A stretch of DNA of 64,000 nucleotides from an uncultured Alteromonas sp. (lineage in GTDB: Bacteria > Pseudomonadota > Gammaproteobacteria > Enterobacterales > Alteromonadaceae). Each line of letters starts with the position of its first letter. Positions within the stretch are counted from its first letter, which is position 1. Under the pieces are notes generated by a model. That model saw only the letters and a program-made list of their open reading frames with translations, was not told the origin of the DNA and did not search any database. This document shows, in pieces, positions 1-7,936 of this stretch. The translations under genes were made by a program, and so were the position numbers. The stretch is taken from positions 2,463-66,462 of the forward strand of contig CAWUJV010000013.1 in NCBI GenBank assembly GCA_963922845.1. The letters run 5' to 3'.

Positions 1-182
1 CCTGTAGCAACCACGGGGACCGCTACGACAGCACTGGCCACAGACGCTGTTGTCGCTACACTTCCTGAACTGGCTAACACACTATGCTTACTCGCTTTTC
101 CGCTGTGGGTAACCGAATCATCGGCAATGGCGGTGTGGCAAATTAAGGCACTTAACATCAATGTTACTAAAGTCTTTTTCAT
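1..182 (-). CDS. Secreted hypothetical protein, N-terminal part only (ORF runs off the window edge)
   Basis: Minus-strand ATG at 182-180 with AGGAG 8 nt upstream. The translation MKKTLVTLMLSALICHTAIADDSVTHSGK... has a typical signal peptide. The frame stays open to position 1. Confidence 0.45.
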   Translation of the reverse strand, partial: MKKTLVTLMLSALICHTAIADDSVTHSGKASKHSVLASSGSVATTASVASAVVAVPVVAT

Positions 183-304
183 GATACTTTCTCCTGAGTT
201 GTGTTGTTACCAACAGTGACTACACTAGACAGAAGAATTAAATTCGTAAACCAATAAAAAGAATGTAGTATATAACTACACCACAAGTATTAAAATTTAA
301 TACC

Positions 305-1048
305 ATGAGCCAAATAAGTCTGGTTTACGACACCCTCAAACAATGCTTGCGTGAAAAGCAACTCACGTATAAACAACTCGCTAACGCTTTAAATGTCAGT
401 GAAGCCAGTATCAAGCGTAGCTTTTCACTTCACGCATTTAGTCTCGATAAGCTCGAACACATATGTGAGCATGTGGGCTTATCGTTGACGGACCTTTTTT
501 CACTATCACAAAAACAGCAAAGTAAAATTTCGCAGTTGTCGGAGCAGCAAGAGCTTGAACTGCTATCGAACCCCAAACTGCTACTCGCCGCAGTCTGTGT
601 GAGGGATGGTTGGACGTATCAAGAACTTATCCACCACTACGATATTGATGAAATCGAAGGGATAAGGTTGATGACGACCTTGGATAAACTCAAATTGATC
701 GAGCTACTGCCAAACAATCACTACAAACTACTTATTGCTCAGGACTTTCGCTGGATCCCTGGTGGGCCGCTGGAACAGTTTATGGAAAAAGAAGTAATGG
801 TGAAGTTTATGGCCCCAAAAAAGAATGAACCTTGGATGTTTCGTTTTTATTTGAGGGGGCGATACTCGCCCTCGTCCATTGCGATTATTCAGCGTCGTTT
901 GGAACAATTGCGTCAAGAAGCGGCAAAACTGAGCAATGAGGACAATGCGTTGCCGATCGACGAGCGTCAGCACGTGGGCCTTTTGATGGCCATGCGACCA
1001 TGGGAGCCATCGCTGTTTGAAAATATGCGAAGAGACGGTAAAGCCTAG
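305..1048 (+). CDS. XRE (Cro/C1)-family HTH transcriptional regulator with an uncharacterised C-terminal domain
   Basis: N-terminal HTH signature KQLTYKQLANALNVSEASIKRSFS in a 247-aa ORF. It is divergent from the partial secreted-protein gene. Confidence 0.8.
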   Translation: MSQISLVYDTLKQCLREKQLTYKQLANALNVSEASIKRSFSLHAFSLDKLEHICEHVGLSLTDLFSLSQKQQSKISQLSEQQELELLSNPKLLLAAVCVRDGWTYQELIHHYDIDEIEGIRLMTTLDKLKLIELLPNNHYKLLIAQDFRWIPGGPLEQFMEKEVMVKFMAPKKNEPWMFRFYLRGRYSPSSIAIIQRRLEQLRQEAAKLSNEDNALPIDERQHVGLLMAMRPWEPSLFENMRRDGKA

Positions 1049-1164
1049 CGGGGACTTTTATTGAGGCGCTCTGCGCCAATCAATATCTTTTTACAATTTC
1101 TGTTCGTCAATCAGTGCACGCACTGTGGTAACCTCGCGTCAGAAAAGTAAGAGTTGAGATCAGC

Positions 1165-1974
1165 GTGACTATGTTCCAAAAGTCAAAATTTTGGGGATTC
1201 CACCTGACGTTTTGGAGTATCGCCTTTGCTATCCTATTGACGTCGGGGCTATCGCAATCTAGCGCGATAGACATCGTTATAGTGAGGAATGTCCTCTACT
1301 GTGTGTTGGGTGCACTCGTTTGTCTAGCCTATGTTCCACTTCAGGAAAAAGCGACAACATTGCCCAAAACACTCTCCATTTGTTTGCTGCTGCTTTTTGC
1401 ATACGGCGTCGGTATCGGGAGCTCAGTATTGATTAATTCCAGTGCTCTGTATTTATTGACAGATCGGATATCAAATGCGCCGCTCTCATACCTATTAAGC
1501 GGTTCGTTGAACTTCGCGCTTGTGATATTGGTTTGGTGTGGTTTTTACATGAATCATAAAAATAGCCTGAAATTTATCGATGGTGTAGAAGAACAGAAAA
1601 CAGCCGATGCCCTACACTCGATGAGTAGCGTAAAACCGTTCCCGCGCTTTCTTGCTCTTGAGAAGCGTCAAAAAATCAGCTTAATCCCCGTTTCAAGTAT
1701 CTGTGTCATCAAAGCGGCCGGGGATTACATTGAGGTCACAGTCGATGATGGCACCTTTTTGAAAAAGGAATCGATAAGTCATATCGAAACGGTACTCGAT
1801 CCAAATCAGTTTCAACGGGTACATCGCTCTACCATCATCAACCTCCATTGCATCAAACAACTGGAGTCAAAAGGACGTGGTGACTACACCATCATACTAG
1901 AATCTGGTGAACAAATAGCGTGTAGTAGAACCTACATGAGCAACTTCAAAAATCGAGACGATATTGCACTGTAA
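1165..1974 (+). CDS. Membrane-embedded LytTR-domain DNA-binding protein (no receiver domain)
   Basis: The first ~130 aa are strongly hydrophobic (about 4 helices). The C-terminus is LytTR-like (ISLIPVSSICVIKAAGDYIEVTVDDG...FQRVHRSTIINLHCI). Confidence 0.8.
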   Translation: MTMFQKSKFWGFHLTFWSIAFAILLTSGLSQSSAIDIVIVRNVLYCVLGALVCLAYVPLQEKATTLPKTLSICLLLLFAYGVGIGSSVLINSSALYLLTDRISNAPLSYLLSGSLNFALVILVWCGFYMNHKNSLKFIDGVEEQKTADALHSMSSVKPFPRFLALEKRQKISLIPVSSICVIKAAGDYIEVTVDDGTFLKKESISHIETVLDPNQFQRVHRSTIINLHCIKQLESKGRGDYTIILESGEQIACSRTYMSNFKNRDDIAL

Positions 1975-2093
1975 TGAATGAGAACAGTACGCTGGGAAAA
2001 TTAGCTGCCGAGGGGTCCAGTTTGTCGACACAACGTCCGCCTCACCGAAAAGCGATTGATATCTATAGCAATTTAAAAGAAAACATTTGAGAA

Positions 2094-3599
2094 ATGTGTT
2101 TACTTTTAATGTTACTAAGGCTTCATTTAATGGTTTTTACTCGGTTCTTTTTCCTGTTTTTTTTGCTCAATCTGTCGATGCTTGGCAACGCATTATGCGA
2201 CGTTGACAAGCCACTGACCTTATCCCAAGCGCAGACGACTAACCTCGATATGCTCATCTCTCAAGCGACCCAAAAGCACGGGATCATTGGTCAGTCAGTA
2301 GCCATCTTGCACAAGGGTGTGCTAATCTACGTCGCCCACCAGGGGCTGGTTTCGCTAACCACAACCCAACCGGTTACAGACGATACTATTTTTCCTCTCT
2401 ATTCGGTTTCCAAGCTGTACTTCACGACACTTATCGCCAAGCTTGTCGTAACAAACCAACTTGATGTGACTCAGCCGGTAGGCTTCTATTTAAAAGACTT
2501 ACCCGAGCATTGGCGTAAAATAAAAGTGCGATCTTTGCTCGCGCACACCTCGGGTTTGCCTGAATTTTTTGATGTAACACAAAAAACCAGTCACGACCCT
2601 TTACACATTATATCGAGCTTAAGAGATCGGCCTTTGGTCTTCCCAACCGACTCCCAAGTGCAATACAACCAAACCAATTTCTTATTGCTCAAACTTATCG
2701 TCGAAGCGAAGTTTGGCAACACGCTAGAGAGCCTAATCGCAACTCATATATCGGGTCCGCTAGCGCTCGACAAAACTCACTACGGTGGTAAAGAAACGAC
2801 TATCGCCCAACGTTCCACCCACTATTACACTCGAGATGGCGAGACTGTCACCGACAACGGTGTACCGATCTTTGCACCCACAATGTTCGCTGCGACCGGA
2901 TTAAACGCCAATCTTCATGATGTTTCAACGTGGTTTAGTGCGTTGGTAAAAGGAGAATTTTTCCCTCAAACCTACCTCACTAAAATGTGGCAACCGTTCT
3001 ACCTAACTAATGGCCTAAAAGGAGATTACCACCACGGATGGCAATACTTGCGGGAGGGAGAAACCACCGTTGTAGGTCATTATGGGGGAAACATCATCAA
3101 TATACGGCATTTTTACACAGGCGAAGCGGCTGAGAAAGGCGTCACAATCATCCATCTGACCAATGGAGGATTTGGCCCAGACTTTAATCCGTTTGATTTT
3201 TCTTATGCCTTAGCCACCTCGGTACAACCTAGTATTGTGTTGCCCTCCATTGAATTCAAACAACGCATTTTATCGTTAGCTAAACGCCATAAGACAAATA
3301 AGATAAGGCCCTTATTTATCGAATTTCAACAACAACAGCGCGCGCAAGGCAACAGTGTAGAAATGCTTGTTAACGAGCTCGGCTACCAACTGCTCTCGGC
3401 CTACCCTGAAGCATCAGTGACGTTGTTTGAGCTTAATACTGAATCCTACCCACATTCGGCGAACACGTATGACAGCTATGCCGAAGCCCTTTACACCGTT
3501 GGAGAAGTCGAAAAAGCCAGAGCGAATTACTTACGAGCCTATCAACTCAACCCCGGCTTCAGTCATATTCCAGCCATACTCCACGAGCTCAATCAATGA
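2094..3599 (+). CDS. Serine hydrolase of the beta-lactamase/DD-peptidase (SxxK) superfamily with a C-terminal TPR-like tail
   Basis: Hydrophobic N-terminal leader, SxxK motif in LYSVSKLYF, and a TPR-like end (YDSYAEALYTVGEVEKARANYLRAYQLNP). The exact start is uncertain because there are several in-frame Met codons. Confidence 0.8.
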   Translation: MCLLLMLLRLHLMVFTRFFFLFFLLNLSMLGNALCDVDKPLTLSQAQTTNLDMLISQATQKHGIIGQSVAILHKGVLIYVAHQGLVSLTTTQPVTDDTIFPLYSVSKLYFTTLIAKLVVTNQLDVTQPVGFYLKDLPEHWRKIKVRSLLAHTSGLPEFFDVTQKTSHDPLHIISSLRDRPLVFPTDSQVQYNQTNFLLLKLIVEAKFGNTLESLIATHISGPLALDKTHYGGKETTIAQRSTHYYTRDGETVTDNGVPIFAPTMFAATGLNANLHDVSTWFSALVKGEFFPQTYLTKMWQPFYLTNGLKGDYHHGWQYLREGETTVVGHYGGNIINIRHFYTGEAAEKGVTIIHLTNGGFGPDFNPFDFSYALATSVQPSIVLPSIEFKQRILSLAKRHKTNKIRPLFIEFQQQQRAQGNSVEMLVNELGYQLLSAYPEASVTLFELNTESYPHSANTYDSYAEALYTVGEVEKARANYLRAYQLNPGFSHIPAILHELNQ

Positions 3600-3886
3600 C
3601 TCGACGCCGTCAGTTGTTTTGCGTCTTTGATGTTAACCGACTTCGCTCGATACTCAATGGCGCCTTCTCTAGCGAGATTGCCAAGTACTCTAGACAATTG
3701 ACGGACAGAGAGACCCTGCATTGCGCTAATGGACTCTCTGTTGTGTAGTGTCAAATCACTGCCGTGTTGGTGGTACAGATGACTCAGGTAACGACACACC
3801 TTTTGTCTAGTGGAATATGACGACGCTGAATGTAATGTGACCGATGCGTAGAGTTTCCGACTCAGTGCATCACACATTAATTTCAA
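3593..3886 (-). CDS. Crp/Fnr-type winged-HTH-only ORF (no cNMP-binding domain), possibly a gene remnant
   Basis: RQKVCRYLSHLY...ESISAMQGLSVRQLSRVLGNLAREGAIEY matches the C-terminal DNA-binding module of Crp/Fnr regulators. An in-frame stop lies 11 codons upstream of the TTG start, so no effector domain can be encoded. Confidence 0.5.
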   Translation of the reverse strand: MKLMCDALSRKLYASVTLHSASSYSTRQKVCRYLSHLYHQHGSDLTLHNRESISAMQGLSVRQLSRVLGNLAREGAIEYRAKSVNIKDAKQLTASSH

Positions 3887-3998
3887 AAATCCCGTATGTC
3901 TCAGACCATACTTGAGTTAAAACCAGGACTATTTAAACAGAAGCTTTTTACGCTCTTGTCCTAACGTCTCCCCTATACATAGCAATTGCACTTTCCTG

Positions 3999-4028
3999 CC
4001 AATAACTGTATTTTTATACAGTTATTGG
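3999..4028. promoter_or_regulatory. 30-bp perfect palindrome containing a LexA (SOS) box, CTGT-N8-ACAG
   Basis: CCAATAACTGTAT-TTTT-ATACAGTTATTGG. The inner 20-mer AACTGTATTTTTATACAGTT (4004-4023) matches the E. coli LexA consensus TACTGTATATATATACAGTA at 16/20, with both CTGT and ACAG intact. It lies 41 bp upstream of the 4069 ORF start. A third CCAATAACT half-site sits at 4043-4051. Confidence 0.6.
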
Positions 4029-4068
4029 TATTACTTTTCTATCCAATAACTCGAAAGAGGACCACACA

Positions 4069-4722
4069 TTGGATTTACTGCACTATTTATCACAACATTT
4101 TTATACGAAATCGCAGTTGCTGGAGCATTTACCGATTGACGCCTGTTTGGTCAGTCAATATCAACGTGAAGGATTAATGCCGCAGCCGTCGTATCGTCTC
4201 TCGCTCAACTTGCAATGCGAATCATTCTTTGGGCGTCATGATGACTTTTCTCATACCGAATACTATGCAAAAGGCTATGTCTCTTGGCTTGGGCTGGTTC
4301 ATGCGTCACCAGACAAAGTCGAGCTTTATACTGAATTCTCAAACCGTTACATCACTACTCTCAATGCATTAAAAGCCGACGGCTTTGCGCCAACTCACCC
4401 CAAACTCAATAGCGGCTTGGTCAATCACATCAACGAGGAATGGCAATACTTTATCGATGGAACATATGGCCTGTGCACCGCATCTGGTTTGCCGGAAGAT
4501 ATTGCGGCCAAGGAATATGCGATTGTCATTATTAAGGAGCTGACGGCGTTGACAACACTTTCAGCTGAGCAACGAACGGCGCTCGAACAGGCGGTCAATT
4601 TACTGGATTCATCCAGCGCGTTATTCGCGCCCCACGAACGCGAGCGTAGCTCCCGACATCGATTAGTCGACGAAGTCAGAACCTTATATCAATTAGACCG
4701 ACATATCGTAAGCGAGTGCTAA
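4069..4722 (+). CDS. Hypothetical protein with a MerR-like N-terminal HTH signature
   Basis: TTG start preceded by AAGAGG. The N-terminus YTKSQLLEHLPIDACLVSQYQREGLMPQPSY resembles the MerR-family motif (...YYEREGLLPP...). The rest is unrecognised. Confidence 0.6.
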   Translation: MDLLHYLSQHFYTKSQLLEHLPIDACLVSQYQREGLMPQPSYRLSLNLQCESFFGRHDDFSHTEYYAKGYVSWLGLVHASPDKVELYTEFSNRYITTLNALKADGFAPTHPKLNSGLVNHINEEWQYFIDGTYGLCTASGLPEDIAAKEYAIVIIKELTALTTLSAEQRTALEQAVNLLDSSSALFAPHERERSSRHRLVDEVRTLYQLDRHIVSEC

Positions 4723-5235
4723 GTAGCGCTTAACGTCATCATCAATGTCATCGAGCGAATGAAGTTGGATCCGATGTGTACACATGGTGCCAAAAGGACC
4801 GGAATCTTCCAAGCGTCCTTGTACTTCAACACCCTTGAGCTTTAAGCCTAAGTCAACCCGAGACTTGGTGGCGGGCTTGATTAACGCAAATTGATACTTG
4901 CGAATAACCGATACACTGGTTTTCTTCGGTGTGATGGTAACGTCGCTACCAAACTGAGAAACGATTTGAATAAGGGCGTCGTATACGGGCAACAATACTG
5001 TTTTACCTCTATATTGCGTCTCAACCAGATCTACCTGAGGCGCATCTTGTTGCTTGTACAATGTGACTATGGTGTTGGCAAACCCATGGGTCACACCATA
5101 CTGCGATTTGAGTAATGCAACGCCTTGAGAATGCTTGTCAAATGTATGTTCGCTGAGTACCGAGAACCATTCATTTAAAGCCTTACCCGTTTTCTCGGGC
5201 AAATTCGCGATCATGGTTTCCAACGCTTTATCCAT
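4693..5235 (-). CDS. DUF4287/DUF5655-type conserved hypothetical protein
   Basis: The N-terminus MDKALETMIANLPEKTGKALNEWFSVL...GVTHGFANTIV looks like DUF4287 (recollection of the family, not searched). It converges on and overlaps the previous gene by 30 bp. Confidence 0.65.
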   Translation of the reverse strand: MDKALETMIANLPEKTGKALNEWFSVLSEHTFDKHSQGVALLKSQYGVTHGFANTIVTLYKQQDAPQVDLVETQYRGKTVLLPVYDALIQIVSQFGSDVTITPKKTSVSVIRKYQFALIKPATKSRVDLGLKLKGVEVQGRLEDSGPFGTMCTHRIQLHSLDDIDDDVKRYLALAYDMSV

Positions 5236-5263
5236 TTCGGTTCCTAACAGATGTTAACTACCA

Positions 5264-5815
5264 TTAACTGATATCTTCACTCACATGAATTTCATGTTTG
5301 TAAATCACCATCCAACCATCTATGTAAATAGTGTTTGGTCTTCTTGCGCCATAAATACTGCCATCTTCATAGAGCGCATTGATCTCATCAAATGAGAGAA
5401 ATGCCGTATCGACACGATAAAAATTCCTTAACGTTAGCGCTTTGTCGAATTGAAAATGTTGTCGAGCAGAAACCGGTGTTGAATGAGCAATATTGCCCAC
5501 TTTAAAGACAATACCTTTGCTTGTTATATCCATTATCCGCATAGGGACATAACGAAAATGATAGTTGGAGGAAGGGTCCAGCGCGAAATAATCAACGAAG
5601 AAAAAATCATTTATTTGAGGCTCATTGACGATACTCGCAGTTCTGCGGGCATCATAGTATGAAAAAGCCAATACGCTAATCAGTAGCATTGCGGCAACAA
5701 CTAGCTCTACGTGCTGCTTCAACTGTAATTTAATCGCTTGAAACCTAGCTCTACTGGGTAGAATAGCGGCAAGCTTTTCCCACATAGCCCAGTGCAAATC
5801 AAGTGAATATCCCAT
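5264..5815 (-). CDS. Hypothetical single-pass membrane-anchored protein
   Basis: 183-aa ORF with one hydrophobic helix (VELVVAAMLLISVLAFSYY). It lies 76 bp downstream of the sulfotransferase gene on the same strand. Confidence 0.55.
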   Translation of the reverse strand: MGYSLDLHWAMWEKLAAILPSRARFQAIKLQLKQHVELVVAAMLLISVLAFSYYDARRTASIVNEPQINDFFFVDYFALDPSSNYHFRYVPMRIMDITSKGIVFKVGNIAHSTPVSARQHFQFDKALTLRNFYRVDTAFLSFDEINALYEDGSIYGARRPNTIYIDGWMVIYKHEIHVSEDIS

Positions 5816-5891
5816 TTACCTAACCTCTCATCCTTTTGAAGATATAGATTATCTTTGTCTATTTTTTATACTTTCACAAGTGTTGGCTTCG

Positions 5892-7865
5892 TTACGCTTG
5901 TTCCAAGGCGCGTTTTAGCGGTGCTAGAAACGGTTCAAAATGACGCCATTGATTAAGTCCTGAACGATAAATGGGCTGCCTAACTTGCTGCGCGCTTGGC
6001 GTGTTGATCGCCCTCTTGGTCTTGTGAAAATCAATACATGTAGGTTCAAAAGGCACACCGATAAAAGCCAGCAGTCGTTTGACCTGCCCTTCCAAATCAT
6101 CAACCACGTCCTCGTGATTAACCCGTAATACGTGTCCAGGTAGCACCTTATCCCAATGCGCCATCATACGCTCATAATCTCGGTAGTATTGACCCAACGC
6201 CGACAGGTCGTAGCTAAACGCCTGGCCTTCGGCAAACAACTGTTTGTATCCACTGAAACAACACGCCATGGGATCGCGCCGAGCATCGATGATTTTAGCG
6301 TTAGGCAGTATTAACTTGATCAGACCAATGTGCATGAAGTTATTGGGCATTTTATCTATAAAAAATCGACCCGTACCACGGTATTGACGAGTTTGTTCCA
6401 GATACTGCGCACCAAAACGCGCGAAATATTCTGGGTCCAGTGTTGTCAGCATATCTGGGTAAGTTAGGCCTTGACTGCTGCCTTGGCTTAACCGAGCGGC
6501 TAACGCTAGGATATTTTGCAGTTCCATCGTGCCATCAATGTTTGAGTGGCTCGCCAGAATCTGTTCGATCAGCGTCGATCCAGCTCTTGGTAAACCCACC
6601 ACAAAGATTGGGTCGCCTGAATCATCACCCACACCTTGCATTGACGCAAACCGTTCTGCACTGAAAAACCGACAATGGTCATCAACCGCTTTAGACGTCA
6701 TATCAGGACGATACTGACTAACCTTATATTGCCGAGCGTTTCCGCGCTGATAGTAGTTGAATGCCGTTTCGTAGTCCTTTTTATCTTCATATGTTTTCGC
6801 AATGGCAAAACAAAAATGAACATAGTCTTCATCAACGAGCCCTGTCGTATCGAGTATGCGTACCGCGCTGTCGAGTTCATCCTCAGAAAGTGAATAGGTT
6901 TTGGTATTGGTCAAGCTCCAATAGGCATCACCATAGTGCGGCCGATGCGTGTAGGCAGTTTGATAAGCAATAATGGCAGCTTCAATATCACCAATGTTTT
7001 TATACGCATGCCCCAGTTGCAACCATACGGACGCCCGCTGTGGTTCCGCTTCAACAACCTGATTTAAACAATCGATTCCGTCTTGGTAATCCCCGATACC
7101 AACATTTGAAAGCCCGAGCAACACCTGAAAATTTAAGTTATCAGGTTGTCGTGCTAACAACATTGACGCATTTTCTTTCGCCTTTTGGTATTTGCCTAAA
7201 CGATTTAACAGCATGCCATATTCGTAACGACAGCGAAGATGCGCTGGATTGATACTCAAAGCACTTTCTAAAACAAACTCGGCTTCTATGTATTGCCCCA
7301 TTTTGACGCCGATAAGACCGAGTAAATACAATCCATCTGGATGGTGTTTGTGTTGTTGTAAAAAGCGTCTGCATACCCTATCTGCTTGCGAGGACTTCCC
7401 GTCAAATAGCAACTGTGCACTACCTAACAAGGGCGGCGGTAAACTGCGCCAAAAGGTCAAATTGTCTTTGGCAAAGGCAATGCTTTTCTCGTCTCCAATG
7501 ACACTGTAAACAGACTGAAGCTGCTGCCAGCTGGCCACCAAAGCGGGATTGAGGGTAGTCGCGTCAAAAAACGCCTTAGCCGCATCACCTTGCTTGCCCA
7601 AGCTCAGGTAACAATAGCCACACTCTTGTAATGCCCGAGCGTGCTCCGGACACTCACCGAGAAGACGGTGGAGTAGCCCAAGCGCCTGTTGTGGCGCCTT
7701 GTTGTAACGCTTAGCAACCGCGCACAGATACAAGGCTTCAACTTGCTCAGATGAAGCCAAGTTGGAGGTATACGGATGTAACAAAGAATAAGCGCCGTCA
7801 AAATCGGCGCGTTTGAGGCGTTCAGTTGCGTCTTTAAGCACAACATCAATGTCACTGGGAGTCAT
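5892..7865 (-). CDS. TPR-repeat-containing sulfotransferase family protein
   Basis: The N-terminal ~400 aa are TPR-like repeats. The C-terminal domain carries the PAPS 5'-phosphosulfate loop (GLPRAGSTLIEQILASH) and a 3'-phosphate motif (ARRDPMACCFSGY). There is no signal peptide. Confidence 0.85.
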   Translation of the reverse strand: MTPSDIDVVLKDATERLKRADFDGAYSLLHPYTSNLASSEQVEALYLCAVAKRYNKAPQQALGLLHRLLGECPEHARALQECGYCYLSLGKQGDAAKAFFDATTLNPALVASWQQLQSVYSVIGDEKSIAFAKDNLTFWRSLPPPLLGSAQLLFDGKSSQADRVCRRFLQQHKHHPDGLYLLGLIGVKMGQYIEAEFVLESALSINPAHLRCRYEYGMLLNRLGKYQKAKENASMLLARQPDNLNFQVLLGLSNVGIGDYQDGIDCLNQVVEAEPQRASVWLQLGHAYKNIGDIEAAIIAYQTAYTHRPHYGDAYWSLTNTKTYSLSEDELDSAVRILDTTGLVDEDYVHFCFAIAKTYEDKKDYETAFNYYQRGNARQYKVSQYRPDMTSKAVDDHCRFFSAERFASMQGVGDDSGDPIFVVGLPRAGSTLIEQILASHSNIDGTMELQNILALAARLSQGSSQGLTYPDMLTTLDPEYFARFGAQYLEQTRQYRGTGRFFIDKMPNNFMHIGLIKLILPNAKIIDARRDPMACCFSGYKQLFAEGQAFSYDLSALGQYYRDYERMMAHWDKVLPGHVLRVNHEDVVDDLEGQVKRLLAFIGVPFEPTCIDFHKTKRAINTPSAQQVRQPIYRSGLNQWRHFEPFLAPLKRALEQA

Positions 7866-7885
7866 TTATACGATTCTATTCAACT

Positions 7886-7909
7886 AAAAAGGGGAAGCGT
7901 GGCTTCCCC
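7886..7909 (-). terminator. Rho-independent terminator or attenuator after the TonB-dependent receptor
   Basis: GGGGAAGC-GTG-GCTTCCCC stem-loop, followed on the minus strand by TTTTT. Confidence 0.7.
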
Positions 7910-7936
7910 TTAACCTTTCAGACTGCGAGAACTACC

